From an uncultured Nitrososphaerales archaeon (GTDB taxonomy: Archaea > Thermoproteota > Nitrososphaeria > Nitrososphaerales > Nitrososphaeraceae), in contig CAVPXM010000021.1 in assembly GCA_963709405.1 (NCBI GenBank), forward strand, positions 250,561 to 314,560: a stretch of DNA of 64,000 bases, written 5' to 3'. Numbering within the stretch: the stretch's first letter is position 1; every line of letters starts with the position of its first letter. A model generated the notes under the pieces. It searched no databases. It was not told where the DNA came from and saw nothing but the letters and a program-made list of their open reading frames with translations. The position numbers were made by a program, and so were the translations under genes. Shown here one piece after another: positions 33,007 to 43,737 of this stretch.

Positions 33007-33322
33007 TTTAGTCAACAGGGGACTAGCCAGATGGAATCCATCAAGAATATTTCACAACCTAAGAATACTAAAGTTCCGTTAACCCTGAGTTTGTACTTGA
33101 GATCTATCCCGATAAGTACGTGTAGCCAGAGTTAATCAGAAAGTTACCTATTTGAGTTAGTTAGATCTGCCATCCATCTGCATGTAGCCGGCCGGATTAT
33201 ATCTTTTTTATGAATTAGGATCTTAACAAATATGCTGACGAATAGACGCTTAGGAATTCAGATCATTATTCCATTGAGCGGAAATAAAAGAAGACCTCGC
33301 TTAAGAATGTAGGAAAAAATAT

Positions 33323-33493
33323 TCAATCAGCAGTTCCACCACATGCACAGTAACCTAATTCGTCTATTCTGCAGTTGCAGAATTGGCGATATCCAAACAG
33401 ATCATAGCTCATTTCCCATGATTCCTTCCCAAATTTGTATAAATGAATATTAATCTCATCAGGAATTAATTGCGAAGATTCATTTTTATTCAT
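33323..33493 (-). CDS. Cys-rich microprotein (56 aa), putative zinc finger
   Basis: MNKNESSQLIPDEINIHLYKFGKESWEMSYDLFGYRQFCNCRIDELGYCACGGTAD; paralog at 9071-9213 conserves the reading frame. Confidence 0.75.
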   Translation of the reverse strand: MNKNESSQLIPDEINIHLYKFGKESWEMSYDLFGYRQFCNCRIDELGYCACGGTAD

Positions 33494-33657
33494 TATATTA
33501 CAATTAAAAAATAAACGCTATATTATATTTAAATTCGATATTCTCCCGGTCTACGAAAATAATGTAGAGCTATTATAACATTTCCAGTACAATCTTTTCC
33601 CATGCGTTATTAATTACAAGTATCACGTCAAGTTATACAACCTCTTCGCATCGCCGG

Positions 33658-33718
33658 ACGATTCTTATCTATAGAATTAGGTATCTGGCGCGCGCCCATG
33701 ACTAACTCACATACAGAC
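33658..33718 (+). repeat. Direct repeat copy 2
   Basis: Matches 32474-32530. Confidence 0.75.
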
Positions 33719-33788
33719 TACCTGATTAATGTCTAAATACATCGAATCAAAAACAGTCTATATAGGTAAAGTCTCATTTTAGAAAATA

Positions 33789-34842
33789 GATCTCTTGCGT
33801 AATTAGCAGTTATGATCTATTAATGCTGCCTATTTTGACTGTATTCTTAGATTGAAATCCTGTTAGACTGCATCACTCTGAAGTTCAGTATACCGGATAC
33901 AATATCAGATATGTTATTGTACCTTCTTAGTTTGTTTCTGAACTTAATACCCATTATTCCAAACTTCTTGATCTTGCATATGGTGTGTTCTACTATCTAT
34001 GATCCTGAGTCTTGAGTGATTCTTGTTGTATCTCATATCGTCATTTGAAAGCAAGGTATTCTTTTTCTTTCTAATGGGAAGTACAGACTTTACTGTGGGA
34101 AAGTCCTTTTCAATACCAAGATAACCAAGATCAACTATATTGTCAACTTGTGATGGAGTTATAGTAGGATGATTGTGTTTGTAAATGTCATAATCATGTT
34201 GTTTTCTTCCATTCCTGTGACCTGTCTTATGCAGGATCAAACCTTCAGTATTAACCATCAATTGTGTCTTGACAGTATGTTTCCTCTTTCTACCTGAATA
34301 GTAACTCTTTCTCTTTCTCTTGTTCTTAGGTCTTGGAATCTCCTGTTCTGTAGAGTCTATGAAAGCCTTGAATCCAGGGAAGGACTGTTCAACTTCCTCT
34401 ATAGTTCTTAATCTCTTAGTACGTTTGTATATCTTCTTTGGCAATGGAATACACTCCTTTAGCAAAGATTCTAGGATAGTCAAATCTCTAAATACATTGC
34501 TCTGGTCAAGATCAAATAGAAATCCCGATAATGCATATGTAATGTACAATCGATAATAAACCAAAAGCATTAGAAGTCTTTCTCTTGGTTTCAGTTTAAA
34601 CGGTCTACCGGCACCAACATCTCTTTTCCTCTTCCTTTTAGAAAGACGTCTTCTTTCATATTCCTCATATTTCGAGTCCATTTCTGTGCTTATTTGATCA
34701 AATTCTGGTACAGTTAGTCCAGTAAGTGACCTGAATAACAAAGGCTTTTTGCATAGTCTTCTATATGACATCAAAGAGATATCACATAAATATCCTATAT
34801 GACGTCGAATATAGCTGTAAGCTTCTAATTACGCAAGAGATC
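33789..34842 (-). mobile_element. IS5-family (ISL2-like, HTH_Tnp_4 + DDE_Tnp_4) element; transposase 33944-34774 frameshifted near C-terminus
   Basis: Perfect TIR GATCTCTTGCGTAATTAG flanked by TA on both sides; FIDSTEQEIPRP, YYSGRKRKHTVKTQ, VDLGYLG. Confidence 0.92.
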
Positions 34843-35016
34843 TAATGTTTATAATCTGATATGATGCATATCGTATTAGAAGACGCTTTTTCCGATATAA
34901 TTATTATGGGATTTCATCAGAATTCCAGTTTTGTCGACATGGATCATGATCCTATTAGGGTAATAATTCTCACATAAAGCGTAAAACTTAACTCCTCGAT
35001 AAATTACTATCTTTTA

Positions 35017-35211
35017 ATGACTCTAAGCTTAAACTGTAAGGATGCTGGTGATCCAGTATGCACACACACTATGTATGGTGAAACAGAAGAAGAATTACTA
35101 CAAAATGCAAAGAAGCACGGTATCGAAGTTCATGGATATAATGAACAGACGTGGAACGAAGAAATATCTAAAAATAAAGACCATTTCCTCAAACTCATGA
35201 AAAGTTCGTAA
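35017..35211 (+). CDS. DUF1059 small metal-binding protein
   Basis: LNCKDAG..C...GETEEELL...H...VHG. Confidence 0.85.
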   Translation: MTLSLNCKDAGDPVCTHTMYGETEEELLQNAKKHGIEVHGYNEQTWNEEISKNKDHFLKLMKSS

Positions 35212-36174
35212 ATTACTTTTCATCTTTTTTATTGAGTTCTTTCCAAATATCAGTCCAGAAAAAGCATTAATATCCTTTCGGATGGTTTCCTTGAATTAGT
35301 ACTTGAATACACCTCTAAGTGAACCAGTAAAAATCACAATACATTATCGTTTCACTATCATGTAATTTCGCTGCAGTCATCAATTGGAGTTCATATTACA
35401 CAAATATGAGCTTACTGTCTTTAACCAGTCCAAACTTATCGGTAGATAACCATTCCTCTTTGGAATATTAATATTATATTTGATCATATAATTTGGATTA
35501 AAGTCTAATCTCTTTATCTTTCTTTTAAATGCTTACATTTCGTATCCCTTCCTCCAAAGTTATTCTATTGAATAGGTATACCAGGGTGTGTCTTAATTCT
35601 AAACAGAAACAAGCCTGAGCAAAATCCTTAAACGAATGAGCTTTCTCACGGTCTAATCCCATTAGAGACGTTAATCAATCATTAGGAGTATTTTATGAAC
35701 GCTAAATGGTGTGTCACAGCCGCTAAAACAAAAGCTTTATTATTAGGAGGATGGAAGGAAAAAATTAAACCTGGGTGGGGTGGTCTTTTGACAGGTCCTT
35801 CAATACTTGAAACAACTCTTTTTCATCAAGACCATCAATGATGTTAATTTTAGCATTCTTTTTAATGCTATCTAACACAGAATCAGCAAATCATATAACT
35901 TATCTATATTTTTTATTTTTGTTATCTCTGACAACTTTTTTAATAAATCGTAACGATTTAGGTTATCTTGTGTTGTTGTAAGTTTTTGTTAATCATCATC
36001 GTTAAATTGATCCGTAACCTCTTTGGGCAGAGCAGACATAAGGCCTGAAGCCACTTTCGGAGTAGATTTTTGAAGAAACATTTAGGTGTTAATTGTTTTA
36101 CAATGATAGTCACTAACTGCTGTAGCTATTTAATTGATGGCACATTTAACTAAGCTCATCTTAATTTAGATCTT

Positions 36175-36375
36175 TCACTTGTCTTCCGAATCTCCTTTGT
36201 AAATACCAAATTCTTTCAGAATTCTAATAACTGTTGGAATCTCTAAATCGAGTTGCATGGCAATGAACTCTTCTCCTATTCCAGATTCATATAGATTCAT
36301 AACGATTTGTTTTTTATCTTCAGATAATGTTCCCCGCCCTAAGAGTTGTGACGACGTATTGTCAGATAGTGACAT
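36175..36375 (-). CDS. Small helix-turn-helix protein
   Basis: IVMNLYESGIGEEFIAMQLDLEIPTVIRILK. Confidence 0.75.
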   Translation of the reverse strand: MSLSDNTSSQLLGRGTLSEDKKQIVMNLYESGIGEEFIAMQLDLEIPTVIRILKEFGIYKGDSEDK

Positions 36376-36404
36376 CTTTCTATTTCTATCTTAATTTTAA
36401 GTTA

Positions 36405-37588
36405 ACAGTTATGTAAACATGTAGATGCTTTCTCCATGTAAACTGTTTATACTAGTTTTGCCTCTATGTTTTTTATTATAATCACATGCCCAATCAGATA
36501 CTGCTTTACCTATATCACGTTCATTTTGAAAGGTGGAATTGTTTATTGCTTGTCGTTGCATCCATAGCCATCTTACCTCTATCAGATTGAGCTCGGGTGA
36601 TCTGGTGGGAAGAAATACAAGGTGTATCCTTGGATGGATGATATTTGGATAATACTGCTTTCACCTTGTTTGATTTATGTATCGATACGTTATCAAGTAT
36701 CAGAAATATCTGCTTGATACTATCGTCATACTTTTGGTCCATTCTTTTGATAAAATCTAAAAACTGTTTTCCGGTTTTCTTTTTGTAGCCATGCGTCCAC
36801 ATTTGATCATTGGTATAATCGTATATACCAAACACGTTTAGAATTCCCTTTGTCTTTTGAGCTTTGGATACCTTAGACTGTGTAGAGGACCAAGATGTAC
36901 CGCCATATGTTTTTGCTACTATCGGTCCTTTCTCATCCTCGTAGAGCAGTACTGAGTCAGAAGACAGGTTACTGTATCTTAGTTCTTCAATTCTCTTTTT
37001 TTCAAATGATATTCAGGATCTAGGCTGTATCCCAGAGTAATCTTTGACTGCCTATATTTTATTCCGTGTTTTAGGAGGATATTTCTAACCTCGGTGTGGC
37101 TGATAGCATCTACAAGGCTCATCTCCTTGGAGACAAATCCTGCTAGTACTCTTAATGACCATGTGGAAAATGGTAATCCATAATCTTTTCTTGAATTTTT
37201 GGTTGCTATCTCCACAATCTTATTCTCCATATCGTCAGATATTTTGATTGGTTTATGCTTGTGTATTTTTGATGCTATTCCATCTATACCTTTTTCATTG
37301 AAACGATGAATCCATTTTCTTATGTTGCTATCATGATGGTTAGTTGCCTTCCTTATTTCAGGAACTGTGTATCCATCATCCTTAAGAAGAATAATCTTTG
37401 CACGGTATCCAGATTCTCTATCCTCAAGTATGCTATCATGTAACCTATTCTTTTCATTATTTGTAAGCAATCTGAGGAATGTATCCCTCATGCTGATAAT
37501 TTAAAAGAGAGTAAGCTAAAGGTGTTATGGTATCTGAACGAGCACTGTTAGTTTACAGAAGAGCATTACATATTCTTTACATAACTGT
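36405..37588 (-). mobile_element. IS630-family element (orfA 36979-37491, orfB about 36430-37000)
   Basis: TIR ACAGTTATGTAAA flanked by TA; A7G slippery site at end of orfA; YEDEKGP and ILDNVSIH DDE motifs; extra frameshift in orfB. Confidence 0.9.
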
Positions 37589-37791
37589 TAACCAACTTAA
37601 ATATGGTTGATTAACTTTGTTAACTAATTTGGTAAAAGAATTAACAGCTTATCGTACGACCAACATCCTAGCTACTAATTGATGTTCATACAAAAGTCCC
37701 TCTTAATTGCTCGATAATATCTCAATTCATAGAAATTGCTTAAAATCTTTAATATAGAGGAGTAATAATAATTAATACAGGGGATGTCATT

Positions 37792-38238
37792 ATGACTGTT
37801 CGAATAGATCTTGTTAGAGAAGTTCGAGCATCGGTCCAACGTGTTTTAGAATATTTCATGAACGTAGAAGAATTACCTCGTCTTCATCCAGAATATATCA
37901 AAAACGTCAGAATCATAGATCGGAAAGTGGCAGACAACAGTAGTGATAGTAGTATAGAATTCGAGCAGGAGGGCTCATTTCATGGCAAGAAGATTAGATC
38001 TGTAAATAGACTAAATAGACTAGCACAGGACAATGTTATTAAGATTGAAACAATAGATGGAAATGGCAAAGGGAGCTTGACGACTATTAGATGCCAAGAA
38101 ATAGATCTAGGAAAGACACAAATAAAATTGAATGGAGAGCTTCATTACGGACTATTGGAAAAACTACTTAGTCGATCTATTCATGGTATTACAGAAAAAA
38201 CTCTAGAAGAGGATATTCTGAACATAGAACAATCGTAA
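37792..38238 (+). CDS. SRPBCC/START-like family protein
   Basis: Polyketide-cyclase-like pattern VRASVQRVLEYFMNVEELPRLHPEYIKNVRII. Confidence 0.75.
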   Translation: MTVRIDLVREVRASVQRVLEYFMNVEELPRLHPEYIKNVRIIDRKVADNSSDSSIEFEQEGSFHGKKIRSVNRLNRLAQDNVIKIETIDGNGKGSLTTIRCQEIDLGKTQIKLNGELHYGLLEKLLSRSIHGITEKTLEEDILNIEQS

Positions 38239-38567
38239 GAATGAAGATATCATCAGATTCAGATATAGGACAGGCTAGTCATTAAAGCAAATTTACAAAT
38301 CGCTGGCTAGTTCGACAGCCTTGAGGTCAGGTCCCTCCTTTAGCCTTTTTGTTCGATTACCCTTAATTAACAATAAAATTTACCTAATACTCGATAAGAA
38401 TAATTATTGTTCAGAGGATAGCGTAAACGATACTTTAATTCTTCTAAATAACATCGACTTGATTGAATATCAAGATTATCTGTGAAAATAACGTGTTGGG
38501 CACGTCACATAATAATTAGCTGCATGCATGACTATTGATGAAAACATTGGTGTGAAACGCGTCTTAA

Positions 38568-38765
38568 CTAATCGATTATCTTACTCTGAGAGCAATCTTT
38601 ATTTTTTACACTCATTAACGTTTCCCAGAATTGTTTTGCTATTACAATCATTAACATTTTTTCTTCTTTAATTGATCGATTATAATTATTATTCTCTTTT
38701 ACCTTGTCTGTCATAGATCTTATTACATCAACGAGCTCTTCAACCTTAGTTGCTATTGCTATCAT
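38568..38765 (-). CDS. Hypothetical protein
   Basis: ORF track only. Confidence 0.3.
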   Translation of the reverse strand: MIAIATKVEELVDVIRSMTDKVKENNNYNRSIKEEKMLMIVIAKQFWETLMSVKNKDCSQSKIID

Positions 38766-39103
38766 GTCGTGAGTATTTTCAATTCTTTTGCTTTGTTTTA
38801 TTCCTGGGAATGCTCCAGCCGATAAGTTCAGAGTGTATATGTATTGGTATCCGCTTGAGTAGCGGATATGCGAGAAAGAAGAACTATCGTGCGATATTGT
38901 ACATCAAATATATCGATACAACAAAATAGATATCAAGTTGCAAGACGCGCTAACTGAAAGTAGATAACTATAGCTAAAAAGTAGCCAGTCCACCGTCACT
39001 ACGTTTCAGTGCAGGCAATCTTTGACTTTAGATACAATTTTACTACACAAAGGAGCACAGTGTAGCACAGTTTTCTCTTTCTTTTTTAAACCTTACTTTT
39101 ATA

Positions 39104-39711
39104 ATGACTGACATTATGGCTCAACAACTATGGGCATGTTCGATGTGTGGTCAGGGTTTCACAAGAAAACGCAGTGCTAACAGGCACAATCTGAATCTCC
39201 ACTCTGGACAGGCATTGGTACTTAGAACTATGGAATACATAATCGGAAGGGTAAATGGTAAGTTCCCTGCTCAATTGATCCGTCGTTATTTAGAAAGACC
39301 AATAGCAGAAAACACAATCACAATATTAGCACTGAGGCTCGTCATATATATAGCCACGATAGCTCCATCAGTAATAATCTTGATGTTAAGCCTGTTGAGT
39401 ATAACACGCATGACAAACGACCATCATACCCCATACAACGACCAGATCTGTCTACTCCAGTAGTGCAACAAGAGTCATTTGATAAAGCAGTCAATGAGAA
39501 TGAACAATCTCATCATCGGTATAAACCATCAGAAGGACCCTCGATTATGGAAAAGCTTGCTGAATTTAAAAGATTATCATATGAATTATATGCTAACCTG
39601 GTTGCAGAGGACATGATAAAAATGGTTCATTGTCGTGTCTTCAATTTTGGGGACGAAGGTTTTCTAGACGACCAAATAAATTGGCTCCGTAAATTTAAGC
39701 ATAAACTCTGA
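39104..39711 (+). pseudogene. C2H2 zinc-finger protein, frameshifted
   Basis: WACSMCGQGFTRKRSANRHNLNLH; continuation in another frame to 39711. Confidence 0.7.
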
Positions 39712-40208
39712 AGTCTTCTAGAATCAGTGAGAAATTGATAGAACATACAGCAATAAATTCTCAATCTTATGTGTCGTAATTACGTCGGTCTCCCATATGC
39801 TAATATTATGTTCATGATAGAGCAGGATTAATGTTGTTCTGAGACAGTGGTTGAAATGCGTGTATGTGAGGTTTTAATCAGGAAAGTTTTTACTTCCTTT
39901 TATAAGAAAATCAATAAGAGCGTCTTGCTAAGAGAGAATCAAGGCTGAGAATGCAGTTCCAATAACAAGACCACCTGGCACCGGAAAATCAATAGTACAA
40001 ATCCTAGTAAAATTGGTAATTTCTTTCTTTGTATCATTCCATTAGGTTTGATATCCTTTGCATAATAATTTTTCTTTCTCTATGTTCAATTGTACTATAT
40101 CCAAAGTTGCTAATGTGATGTGGACAATAAATACTGTACAAGCTTTTATTAACTACCTAAACTGGGCATATTAGAATTCACACATTATTACATAAATACT
40201 TGTAACTT

Positions 40209-41006
40209 TCAACGGAACATGCTTCTGAGCATATTTGCTGATAGTTTAGCATCGTTAGTACTGGTAAAAACCTCCAAAGTAATTGTTCTATCATAATAAA
40301 TATCTTTCAAAGCCTTGACTACTTTATAATAATCTATCCAACCTTCACCAATTGCTAAGTGTTCATCCTTCGTTCCATGGTTATCATGCCAATGTATGTG
40401 AATTATCCTATCATTAAATATGGAGATATAATCAAGTATTGATTTCATACCGCCCGAAGTAAAAGCATGTGGAATATCTAAATGAACTAGTAATGAATCT
40501 ACGTTATCAACAATATATTTGAATTCATTTAGACTGTGTACTCCATTTGACAGAGGAACATTTTCCAACATTACCTTTACGCTAGACCTTTCGGCATATT
40601 TTGTGAGTTCTTTAAGACTTTTGATCATATTGTCCAAAAGACCTTGCCTTTTTTCTCCATAAAACATACCATTGAGATTGGCATGAACATTTATGAGATC
40701 TATACCTATCTTTCTTGCCGTTCTAATTTCTCGCATAGCTTCTAAAATCCAAGCCTGCCTGATGTACTCATAGTCCGAACACAAGTCTATCCAATAAGCT
40801 GTATGACCTATTGGTTTTTGATCGAATTTCCGTACAAGTTTTGTAATTTCATTCTTATTTCTATCAATTAATTTTGGATTACCTTCTGGACCTTCTATCG
40901 CAATTTCAACATAATCAAAACCTGACTCATATATTTTATTAATTTCACTCAATATTTCATTTGAAGGGTTAGTAAGTAATCCGTAAGAAGGCATATGAAA
41001 TTTCAA
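40209..41006 (-). CDS. Sugar phosphate isomerase/epimerase (xylose isomerase-like TIM barrel)
   Basis: GFDYVEI, MLENVP, HLDIPHA, HIHWHDNHG..DEHL, TLEVF. Confidence 0.9.
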   Translation of the reverse strand: MKFHMPSYGLLTNPSNEILSEINKIYESGFDYVEIAIEGPEGNPKLIDRNKNEITKLVRKFDQKPIGHTAYWIDLCSDYEYIRQAWILEAMREIRTARKIGIDLINVHANLNGMFYGEKRQGLLDNMIKSLKELTKYAERSSVKVMLENVPLSNGVHSLNEFKYIVDNVDSLLVHLDIPHAFTSGGMKSILDYISIFNDRIIHIHWHDNHGTKDEHLAIGEGWIDYYKVVKALKDIYYDRTITLEVFTSTNDAKLSANMLRSMFR

Positions 41007-41539
41007 TACTTCTCACGCTTCTAATTCTCTTGCATGGAATATAAAGATGGATGGATGGAATTCAATACTACAGTCTCGTGTATTGATCTTATATAATATC
41101 ACGATTGTCGATTCTTGAATATGAATTTTGATCCAATCCCAAAAGCGTTAACTAAATAAGACAACCTCAAAATATGACTAGAAGTGCCTCAGGCATTTCT
41201 ATTCTATTACTTAACATGGCTCTGAAATTCAGAGTAGCATCATATAGTATACAAGCTCCGGTTAGTAAACATTGGATAACTTTACTATGGCAGTGCTATT
41301 ATCAAGATTTCAAAGTTCCCAAAATATCGTATCAAATTGATCGTTATTGTAGAAATTAGGAAGGGTTTGAATTCCTTAGATTTCCATTAAGGTTTAGTCG
41401 TTCTTACTATAACAATTTGCGCTCTAGAGCAAAAGCTGAAAATAAGAATGTTTCTTATATACAATTGTTATACATCAAGACCTCGTGATTTATGTTCATA
41501 ATCTTAGTATAATAAAATCTATTATACATTTATGTAGAT

Positions 41540-41870
41540 ATGAATCGAATTCATGTTATTTCAGGAATTGGAATAGCTGACAATAGCTCTATTGCTAGTT
41601 ACTACAACAATGTCAGATCAGCAGTCGGCGTTTGCACATAGAGACTACTATTACTATGGTCATCATAACCATCATAATCATGATGGCAATAGTGCAGCAG
41701 CCGCAGCAGCAGCTGGCGATAGTGCAGCAGCAGCAGCAGCAGCAGCTGGCGATAGTGCAGCAGCCGCAGCAGCAGCCGGTGGCAGTGCAGCAGCCAGCAG
41801 CAGCAGCCGGTGGCAGTGCAGCACCGGCAGCAGCAGCAGACTGGCAGATAATGTTTGTGAGCAAGATTAG
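41540..41870 (+). CDS. Secreted His-rich, poly-Ala/Gly repeat protein (two apparent frameshifts)
   Basis: Signal-like MNRIHVISGIGI/TIALLLVTT..AFA, then YYYYGHHNHHNHDG, then about 5 x SAAAAAAAG(D/G) 30-bp units. Confidence 0.65.
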
Positions 41871-41973
41871 GGAATGGGATGGGATGGGATGGAACGAACG
41901 TCTATAATCACATTTTTTCAAAAAATCAACTATTATTATAAAGAGGAGGTAAGCAGATATAGACAAGTATAGT

Positions 41974-42639
41974 GTGATGATTATGAAAAGAGAATCTAAA
42001 TTTCTACTTATTAGTCTCCTTGCAGTTTTGACAGTGACAACTTTATCATCATCTTCAATGTTGCTATCTAATCAGTTATTGTTGCCCACATTCTCATCAT
42101 CATTACCATTACTATCATTTTCACCTACTATCGTCCAAACTGCAAAAGCCGATGTGAATATTGATACTTCTGGAAATGGAAAAGCAGCTGCCTTTGATGG
42201 TAAAAATAGTATATCTTCAGATGGAAAGGGCTTTTGCAATACTGTTGACAATATTGCTGGAGGAAAGTTTGCACCTCTGTTCAGTGGAATCGTTGATTGC
42301 AAATCTTCAAATAATTCGAAACAGTTTATTGTGGACTATTCAGTAATAAAAGACCCTGTAAAGGTAGGTGATACAACGTACATGACCGTAGCTGTTAGAG
42401 ATAAGGATACAGGTCAGCCCATCTCTAATGTACTTGTTCTGTTGACTATAGAACCACCAAATTCCAACCCATCTATAGGCAAAACGACGACTCAAACGGC
42501 ATATACTGATAAAGATGGACATGCGACATTTACTGTACATATTGGACCTCAATCTAGCAGTGGAATTTATAATACTGCTCTCGAAATCAGAAAAGACAAT
42601 TACGATTCGAAATTACAAAAAGCCTTCCATGTAGTATAG
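41974..42639 (+). CDS. Secreted protein with Ig-like C-terminal domain
   Basis: Signal peptide; TVAVRDKDTGQPISNV..TDKDGHATFT. Confidence 0.8.
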   Translation: MMIMKRESKFLLISLLAVLTVTTLSSSSMLLSNQLLLPTFSSSLPLLSFSPTIVQTAKADVNIDTSGNGKAAAFDGKNSISSDGKGFCNTVDNIAGGKFAPLFSGIVDCKSSNNSKQFIVDYSVIKDPVKVGDTTYMTVAVRDKDTGQPISNVLVLLTIEPPNSNPSIGKTTTQTAYTDKDGHATFTVHIGPQSSSGIYNTALEIRKDNYDSKLQKAFHVV

Positions 42640-42647
42640 ACAAATCC

Positions 42648-42675
42648 TTTATTTATTTATTTATTTATTTATTTA
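42648..42675 (+). terminator. (TTTA)n T-rich tract, likely archaeal terminator
   Basis: TTTATTTATTTATTTATTTATTTATTTA immediately after the stop codon. Confidence 0.45.
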
Positions 42676-43407
42676 GTCTTATTTGACCTAAAACAATGTA
42701 ACTTTCTCTCTTTGTATTCTATCTAAACTAAGTAATACAATCTCAAAACCTACGATATTCTGTTACTATCAGGGATAGTCATTAACAAATAGAAAAGCAC
42801 CTGTCTTTTCTCTATTGCACGACAAGCGAGCATTTTCGTAAGTGTTTGCACTTGCTTATGAAAAACAATGAAATTAAATAATATCCGAATTATGAGTTGT
42901 GGCAGATCTTATGGCCAGTTCCAAGTTATTACTATATGAGATACATTTAGTGCAGTCAATCTTGATGCATTTATATTTATTATTGGAAGTTCGCATATCC
43001 CATAACTAAACCTTGTAAGATAAGGCCGATTTGATGACAGTCGTTAAATTGATGATTCGAGGTTGAATGTGCTAAATTTTGAACACCTTTTACGTCTATC
43101 CATCAATTAGTGTATTCAGTCACAATATACGTATTAAGTCCAATAAAGGAAAGCATCAAGTAATTACTAAAAACATAATTAGATATTCAGATAAATGCTA
43201 GACATATAACTCCGACTACCGCCCTATAAAGATGTCATACTCCTACTTGCCCTCGTTCTTTTTTCATCTTCAGCATTTCTAAGCCTGCTCCATATCGATC
43301 TTAGAATTGAAATAATACAAGATTTCATGTTTCTCATCTTAACCTTATTTTTTCAGAGGGGCGACGTATTACAAAAATCAGGCATAACTTTTTCACGCAT
43401 TTTAGAG

Positions 43408-43608
43408 TTACAATTTTCTATGAGTTATTAACTTGCTGGTTATAAAAATAGGCCAGTTATCATCACGATAAATCGTTCCTTTCATTTCTAATTCAGCGAA
43501 GTATCTCATCATTTTGTCAAACGATAATCTTGAGAAATGCTGTACATGAGTAGGTTTTTGCTGTTCCAGCACAAATCCTATCCTCTTCGATAACACAGAG
43601 TATTTCAA
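43408..43608 (-). pseudogene. Winged-helix DNA-binding protein remnant
   Basis: KPTHVQHFSRLSFDKMMRYFAELEMKG. Confidence 0.55.
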
Positions 43609-43737
43609 AAATGGTTGAAGTTTATGTCTTTTATCTTGTCTGAATTCCAGTGATTATCCTTTTTAATGCAGAAGACTAGGGATATTAAATGTATAAATAT
43701 GAATAATCCTGTTAAATTGATAAGTATAGATATAATT

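Noticed and set aside
33007-33210. tracrRNA or IscB/TnpB omega-RNA downstream of the array
   Set aside because: Only a 7-bp anti-repeat match and no Cas9, Cas12, IscB or TnpB ORF nearby
41613-41966. Poly-Cys (- strand) and poly-Gln (41632-41907) ORFs
   Set aside because: Alternative frames of the GCA repeat; only the Ala frame connects to a signal peptide
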